Positions 59,649 to 64,000 of a stretch of DNA of 64,000 nucleotides are shown here, in pieces. The stretch covers positions 5,688 to 69,687 of IMG/VR virus record IMGVR_UViG_3300025138_000032. One strand, given 5' to 3'. How positions within the stretch are numbered: the first letter of the stretch is position 1; each line of letters begins with the position of its first letter. The position numbers and the translations under genes were made by a program. The DNA comes from a virus. Under the pieces are notes generated by a model, which saw only the letters and a list, made by a program, of their open reading frames with translations, ran no database searches and was not told the origin of the DNA.

Positions 59649-60984
59649 ACAGTATACACGAAAAGTAATACCTTTTCTAAAACCTGAATACTTTGCAGAC
59701 TCATCTGAGCAGTTGGTATACACCGAGATAAAATCTTATTTCGAAAAGTATATCAAGAGCCCAACCCTCGAAGCACTTCTCATAAATCTAGACAATAATA
59801 CATCTCATTCAGAGGGTATTATTGACGGTTGCAAAGAGATGTTGGGCTCAATGCCAGTTGAAGACACGCCATTTGATTGGCTTGTCGATGAGACAGAGAA
59901 GTGGTGCAAAGATAGAGCAATCTATATTGCAGTCATGGACTCTATTGAAGTCATTGACCAAAAGTCTCAGAGGTCTACTGGTGAAATACCAGAACTATTA
60001 AAAGATGCATTATCAGTTTCATTTGACCAACACATTGGTCATGATGTATTAGAAGATGCAGAAGAGAGGTGGGAGTTCTACAATACAGAAGAAGAGAAAC
60101 TTCCGTTCGACTTAGAATACTTCAACAAGATTACTAAAGGTGGTTTGCCAAACAAGACATTAAACATTTGTCTTGCAGGTACTGGTGTTGGTAAATCTTT
60201 GTTCATGTGTCACATGGCTGCAAGTGCTTTGATGATGAACAAGAGTGTTCTTTATATTACACTTGAGATGTCAGAAGAAAGAATTGCAGAGAGAATTGAT
60301 GCAAACATCATGAATGTTCCTATGCAAGATTTACCAGAGATGTCTAAGAAAGAGTATGGCAAGAAGATTGGCAGACTCAAATCCAAGACTCAAGGTAGAC
60401 TTATTGTAAAAGAATATCCTACTGCATCTGCTCACGCAGGTCACTTCAGACATCTATTACAAGAACTTGAAATCAAGAAAGACTTTAGACCAGATATCAT
60501 ATTCATTGACTATCTAAACATATGTGCATCTCAGAGAATTAGACCAGGTGCTGGTGCAAACTCTTATACATTAGTTAAGAGTATTGCAGAAGAACTTAGA
60601 GGTGTTGCAGTTGAATACGATGTGCCTATCATGAGTGCAACTCAGACTACAAGAAGTGGTTTTGGTTCTACAGATGTTGGTCTAGAAGATACATCTGAAT
60701 CATTTGGGTTACCTGCAACTGCTGACTTAATGTTTGCACTGATTACATCTGAAGAACTAGAAGAGTTAGACCAACTCGTAGTGAAACAGTTGAAGAACAG
60801 ATACAATGACCCAACAATCTTTAAGAGATTTGTTATTGGTGTCGATAGGGCAAGAATGAAACTCTATGATGTCGAACAAGAAGCACAAGAAGAACTAGTA
60901 GATGGTGAAATGTTAATTGATGACAGTATACCTGTTGCCGACAGAGCAAGACCTTCTACTAAATTTAATGACTTTAACATATAA
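59605..60984 (+). CDS. gp41: Replicative helicase gp41
   Basis: [18 protein letters not shown] and [11 protein letters not shown]. Confidence 0.96.
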   Translation: MRVEQTILKNLIQSEQYTRKVIPFLKPEYFADSSEQLVYTEIKSYFEKYIKSPTLEALLINLDNNTSHSEGIIDGCKEMLGSMPVEDTPFDWLVDETEKWCKDRAIYIAVMDSIEVIDQKSQRSTGEIPELLKDALSVSFDQHIGHDVLEDAEERWEFYNTEEEKLPFDLEYFNKITKGGLPNKTLNICLAGTGVGKSLFMCHMAASALMMNKSVLYITLEMSEERIAERIDANIMNVPMQDLPEMSKKEYGKKIGRLKSKTQGRLIVKEYPTASAHAGHFRHLLQELEIKKDFRPDIIFIDYLNICASQRIRPGAGANSYTLVKSIAEELRGVAVEYDVPIMSATQTTRSGFGSTDVGLEDTSESFGLPATADLMFALITSEELEELDQLVVKQLKNRYNDPTIFKRFVIGVDRARMKLYDVEQEAQEELVDGEMLIDDSIPVADRARPSTKFNDFNI

Positions 60985-62264
60985 TGGAACCATTTGTACA
61001 AAAACAATTCGATGATTATCAGGCCAATAGGGTCGAGAAAGATATCATTGACAGAGAAGAACTTAGAGAACTACTGATAAAAGACTTATCATTTGTTTCT
61101 AAAATGGGTGTAGCAGAATACACCTTGTATCAGAAGTATCAAGAGATACATATGAAATATCCGACACAAACAGTTTCGACATTGTTTGGTGAAGAGACTA
61201 ACTTTGTTAATGAAGACCATCTCAAGTTAATCAATGAGACTAAGAACAACATATGGTTTCCAAATTCGTATGAAGACTTTGAGAAATTAGAACCAGAGTT
61301 AATCTACACCGATAGTAACAAAGATAAACAATCTGCTGGTTCTCTTACAGAGAAATGGAATTGTCTTAGAACAATGACACACAGCCAGAAGAACTCATCT
61401 AACATTGGTAGAAATCTACATTACATAGTCAAAGACAAACCAACAGGAAAGTATCTTGGTGTTATCTGTATTACAGGTGACTTCATTGACTTAACACCTA
61501 GAGATAATTACATTGGGTGGGAAAGAATATACAAAACGAATAGTGGTAAACTAAACAACAGCGCCATAGGTTCAAGTATTCTACCAACACAACCACTAGG
61601 GTTCAATTACACTGGTGGTAAACTTATGGCATTGTTATGTACTGCTGATGTGATACAGAAACAATGGGAAGAAAACTATGGAGATAAACTAGTCGGTATG
61701 ACTACAACATCTCTCTATGGTAAATCTAAGGCAGGTGGGTTATCACAATACGATAGACTCAATCACTGGAAGAAAATGGGTTACAGTCAAGGTTCATTAT
61801 CATTTGAGATGACCAAAGAGACTGAGAGAAAGATGTTAGACTATGCAGAACATCACTTCAATGAAAGATACTTCTTGTTGTATGTTGCAAAGAGAGAAAG
61901 TGGTCAGACTCTTAAGAGAGACCATAGAAATCGTATGAGACAGTTCATGTACTCGCAACTTAAGATACCAAAAGACTTACAGAAGTCAGACCATCAACGA
62001 GGTATCTACTATTCTTGTTTCTATGAAAACACCAGAGAGTTTCTCAGAGGTGAGATAGAACAAGACCAATTAGTCAGAAACAACAACGATGGTTCAGTCG
62101 AAACACTTACGCAATTGTGGAAGGATAAGTATGCGGCTAAACGAATAAATAACCTCATGAACGCAGAAAGACAAAATTTAACAGAAACATTATTCTATGA
62201 TGATATCATTTCGATGTCATGGGAAGAATGTAAACAAAAATATTTAGGAGATGTAGGTAGATGA
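60984..62264 (+). CDS. DUF4338/Druantia DruA-like protein (second copy)
   Basis: GRNL, ILPTQPLGFNYTGGKLMA and TTTSLYG..SQYDRL. Confidence 0.65.
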   Translation: MEPFVQKQFDDYQANRVEKDIIDREELRELLIKDLSFVSKMGVAEYTLYQKYQEIHMKYPTQTVSTLFGEETNFVNEDHLKLINETKNNIWFPNSYEDFEKLEPELIYTDSNKDKQSAGSLTEKWNCLRTMTHSQKNSSNIGRNLHYIVKDKPTGKYLGVICITGDFIDLTPRDNYIGWERIYKTNSGKLNNSAIGSSILPTQPLGFNYTGGKLMALLCTADVIQKQWEENYGDKLVGMTTTSLYGKSKAGGLSQYDRLNHWKKMGYSQGSLSFEMTKETERKMLDYAEHHFNERYFLLYVAKRESGQTLKRDHRNRMRQFMYSQLKIPKDLQKSDHQRGIYYSCFYENTREFLRGEIEQDQLVRNNNDGSVETLTQLWKDKYAAKRINNLMNAERQNLTETLFYDDIISMSWEECKQKYLGDVGR

Positions 62265-62506
62265 ACATTATAGACATGTTACCAGTAACACACAAAAAGA
62301 AAGTGACAGTAGGCAGAGATGACTACAGACACTTTGAAGAATCAATGAGTAAACTAGAAGGTCTGAATGTTTCATTACCACACATGGTAACACATAACAA
62401 AGAAGAAGACACATTTACCGTTGAACTTTTAGATGCAAACAATGTTAATCTAGAAGAACTTGATAAATTAATAGAAGATACTAAATTTTTAGTAGAAGGA
62501 GAATAA
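62261..62506 (+). CDS. Hypothetical protein
   Basis: SD AGGAG; ATGA-type overlap. Confidence 0.6.
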   Translation: MNIIDMLPVTHKKKVTVGRDDYRHFEESMSKLEGLNVSLPHMVTHNKEEDTFTVELLDANNVNLEELDKLIEDTKFLVEGE

Positions 62507-62509
62507 CAA

Positions 62510-63037
62510 ATGGAATATCAAATAACACCACTTAGACAAGAACATGCAAAAGGATGTTATGAACTTCAACATGAAGAGGGTCTACACTTTCACGGCGAAG
62601 AAGAATTACACTCACAAGAGACATGGAATTTTATTGCAAATCAAATGAAAGACTCATGGGTCTGTTTACATGAAGATAGAGTTGTCGCTATGATTATTGG
62701 GTGGATAACACTTGTAGATGAAGAAGAAGATGAGAACAGAGATTCATTGACCTACTTCACTTATGACTTATGTGCAACAAAAGACGGAATGTATCCTGGT
62801 GCCATGAAACAATTGATGACTGTCGTGTGGGCAGAACATCCTTATGTGACTGCATGGATACATGAAGACAATACAACAGCAATTGAGTACTCTAAGTTAT
62901 GGGGTTCTAAGGTATGGAAACCAAAGAGTTCTGGTACTGGACCTAAAATGTACATGACTATTGCAACAGACAATGATGTCTCATTGGCACTCCGTGAAAA
63001 GACAGAAGAACTTATGGGTATAGATAGAGAGGGTTGA
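62510..63037 (+). CDS. GNAT-like acetyltransferase
   Basis: C-terminal IHEDNTTAIEYSKLWG resembles the GNAT V..xN..A..fY.k.G motif. Confidence 0.5.
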   Translation: MEYQITPLRQEHAKGCYELQHEEGLHFHGEEELHSQETWNFIANQMKDSWVCLHEDRVVAMIIGWITLVDEEEDENRDSLTYFTYDLCATKDGMYPGAMKQLMTVVWAEHPYVTAWIHEDNTTAIEYSKLWGSKVWKPKSSGTGPKMYMTIATDNDVSLALREKTEELMGIDREG

Positions 63038-63063
63038 CAGTAGCCCTCATTTTTTGTTATCCT
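63031..63063 (+). promoter_or_regulatory. Early promoter, copy 4
   Basis: GGGTTGACAGTAGCCCTCATTTTTTGTTATCCT. Confidence 0.72.
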
Positions 63064-63090
63064 TATTCCATGATGAAAAAGGAGACAAAA

Positions 63091-63402
63091 ATGATATACA
63101 AATTCGTAGATGATTACATCGAACTAGGGTTAGATGACTGCAAATTTATAATTAATGGGTATGAGTATACTGCAATTATAAAAGAAGTTACCGACACTCA
63201 CCTGGTAGTTAAACCAGTCCAAAAAACAAACTGGAAAGATACCTTCGAAAGGTCTCCTCAATGGAAACACGAAGAGATATCTTTGCCTGCAAAATCTTAT
63301 AAAAAATTCGACTTACAATTCTGGATTGACGGAAGAGGTTGTGACAACTCAGCAATAGGTTGTCATGGTTGTTGGGAATCTTACACTGCTTTGGCTGCGT
63401 AA
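63091..63402 (+). CDS. Hypothetical early protein
   Basis: SD AAGGAG before ATG 63091. Confidence 0.6.
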   Translation: MIYKFVDDYIELGLDDCKFIINGYEYTAIIKEVTDTHLVVKPVQKTNWKDTFERSPQWKHEEISLPAKSYKKFDLQFWIDGRGCDNSAIGCHGCWESYTALAA

Positions 63403-63435
63403 GGGTTGACAATGGGTGTCACTTTTTGATAGGAT
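63403..63435 (+). promoter_or_regulatory. Early promoter, copy 5
   Basis: GGGTTGACAATGGGTGTCACTTTTTGATAGGAT. Confidence 0.72.
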
Positions 63436-63472
63436 GGAACAGTAGAGAGAACATACAGAAACGGAGAAAGAC

Positions 63473-63995
63473 TATGCTAAACTTAATAATTCAAACACAA
63501 TACAAAGAGAACTATGCCGCTCATAATGAAGATTATGAACATGGTGTTTCAGAACCGTATTGGAAATTTAAGGGTGGTTCTTCATATCTGATTACAGATG
63601 TGGACTTTATTAACTCCGAGCACCTTCAAGGTCTTGTTGATGAGACTGCATTTATACATTCTTATGAGAATCCTGCATCTATGGAATATGTCCTAGATTG
63701 GGAACTTATTGATGAAGATAACCTTCATGAACATATTGAACATTGGGAAACTCCTTACATTCTAGAGAAGACTGCCGATGGTTGGACTTCATCTAAGTTC
63801 ACCGACAATGGTGAAGATGGTTACATGAGAGATGAGATAGTCTCTAGAACTCAAGTTTGGACATATGAACAAGGCAATAGAGATTGTGTCAATTATCATG
63901 TCGAGTTCTCTATGATTGATAATAAGACAATGATTGGCGAAAGGGCATTGCGTGTGTGGTTCGAATCAAGAGAGGCATTAAATGAAGTATCTTAA
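63473..63995 (+). CDS. Conserved hypothetical early protein
   Basis: IQTQYKENY.AH...YWKFKGG motif; SD GGAG. Confidence 0.7.
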
Positions 63996-64000
63996 AGAAA

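Noticed and set aside
13547-60984. Introns, inteins or homing endonucleases in core genes (gp17, gp20, gp23, gp43, uvsX, gp41)
   Set aside because: All are continuous and of normal length, with no LAGLIDADG, HNH or GIY-YIG motifs seen.
9186-63412. Remaining minus-strand ORFs in the track (e.g. 9186..9638, 22209..22685, 49700..50032)
   Set aside because: They are antisense to well-supported + strand genes and have no recognisable motifs.

Overview
This 64 kb window is part of an AT-rich, T4-like myovirus genome, probably marine and resembling pelagimyophage-type phages. Essentially all real genes are on the + strand. The order is: end of a tail-fibre gene; two tandem-repeat proteins plus tailoring enzymes; the structural core (gp13-gp23, gp3); recombination and transcription genes (uvsY, uvsW, gp55, gp47, gp46); VWA and CobS-like ATPase; gp45, gp44, gp62, regA; a curli cassette (csgF, csgG, two curlin-like genes) with a FecR protein and a CHASE2 cyclase; hsp20; an atypical tRNA-Gly(ACC); peroxiredoxin; a candidate DNA-modification cassette; lysozyme; gp43; iscU; uvsX; gp41. 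The main discovery is at 2189-5722. The two adjacent repeat proteins have 430-aa repeat tracts whose 58 repeat units match one-to-one in length in exactly reversed order, with residue-level covariation and no DNA inverted repeat. This points to an antiparallel complementary protein zipper fibre with a Hint autoprocessing domain at its turn, followed by candidate hydroxylase and glycosyltransferase genes. All calls come from motif recognition by eye; no database searches were run.
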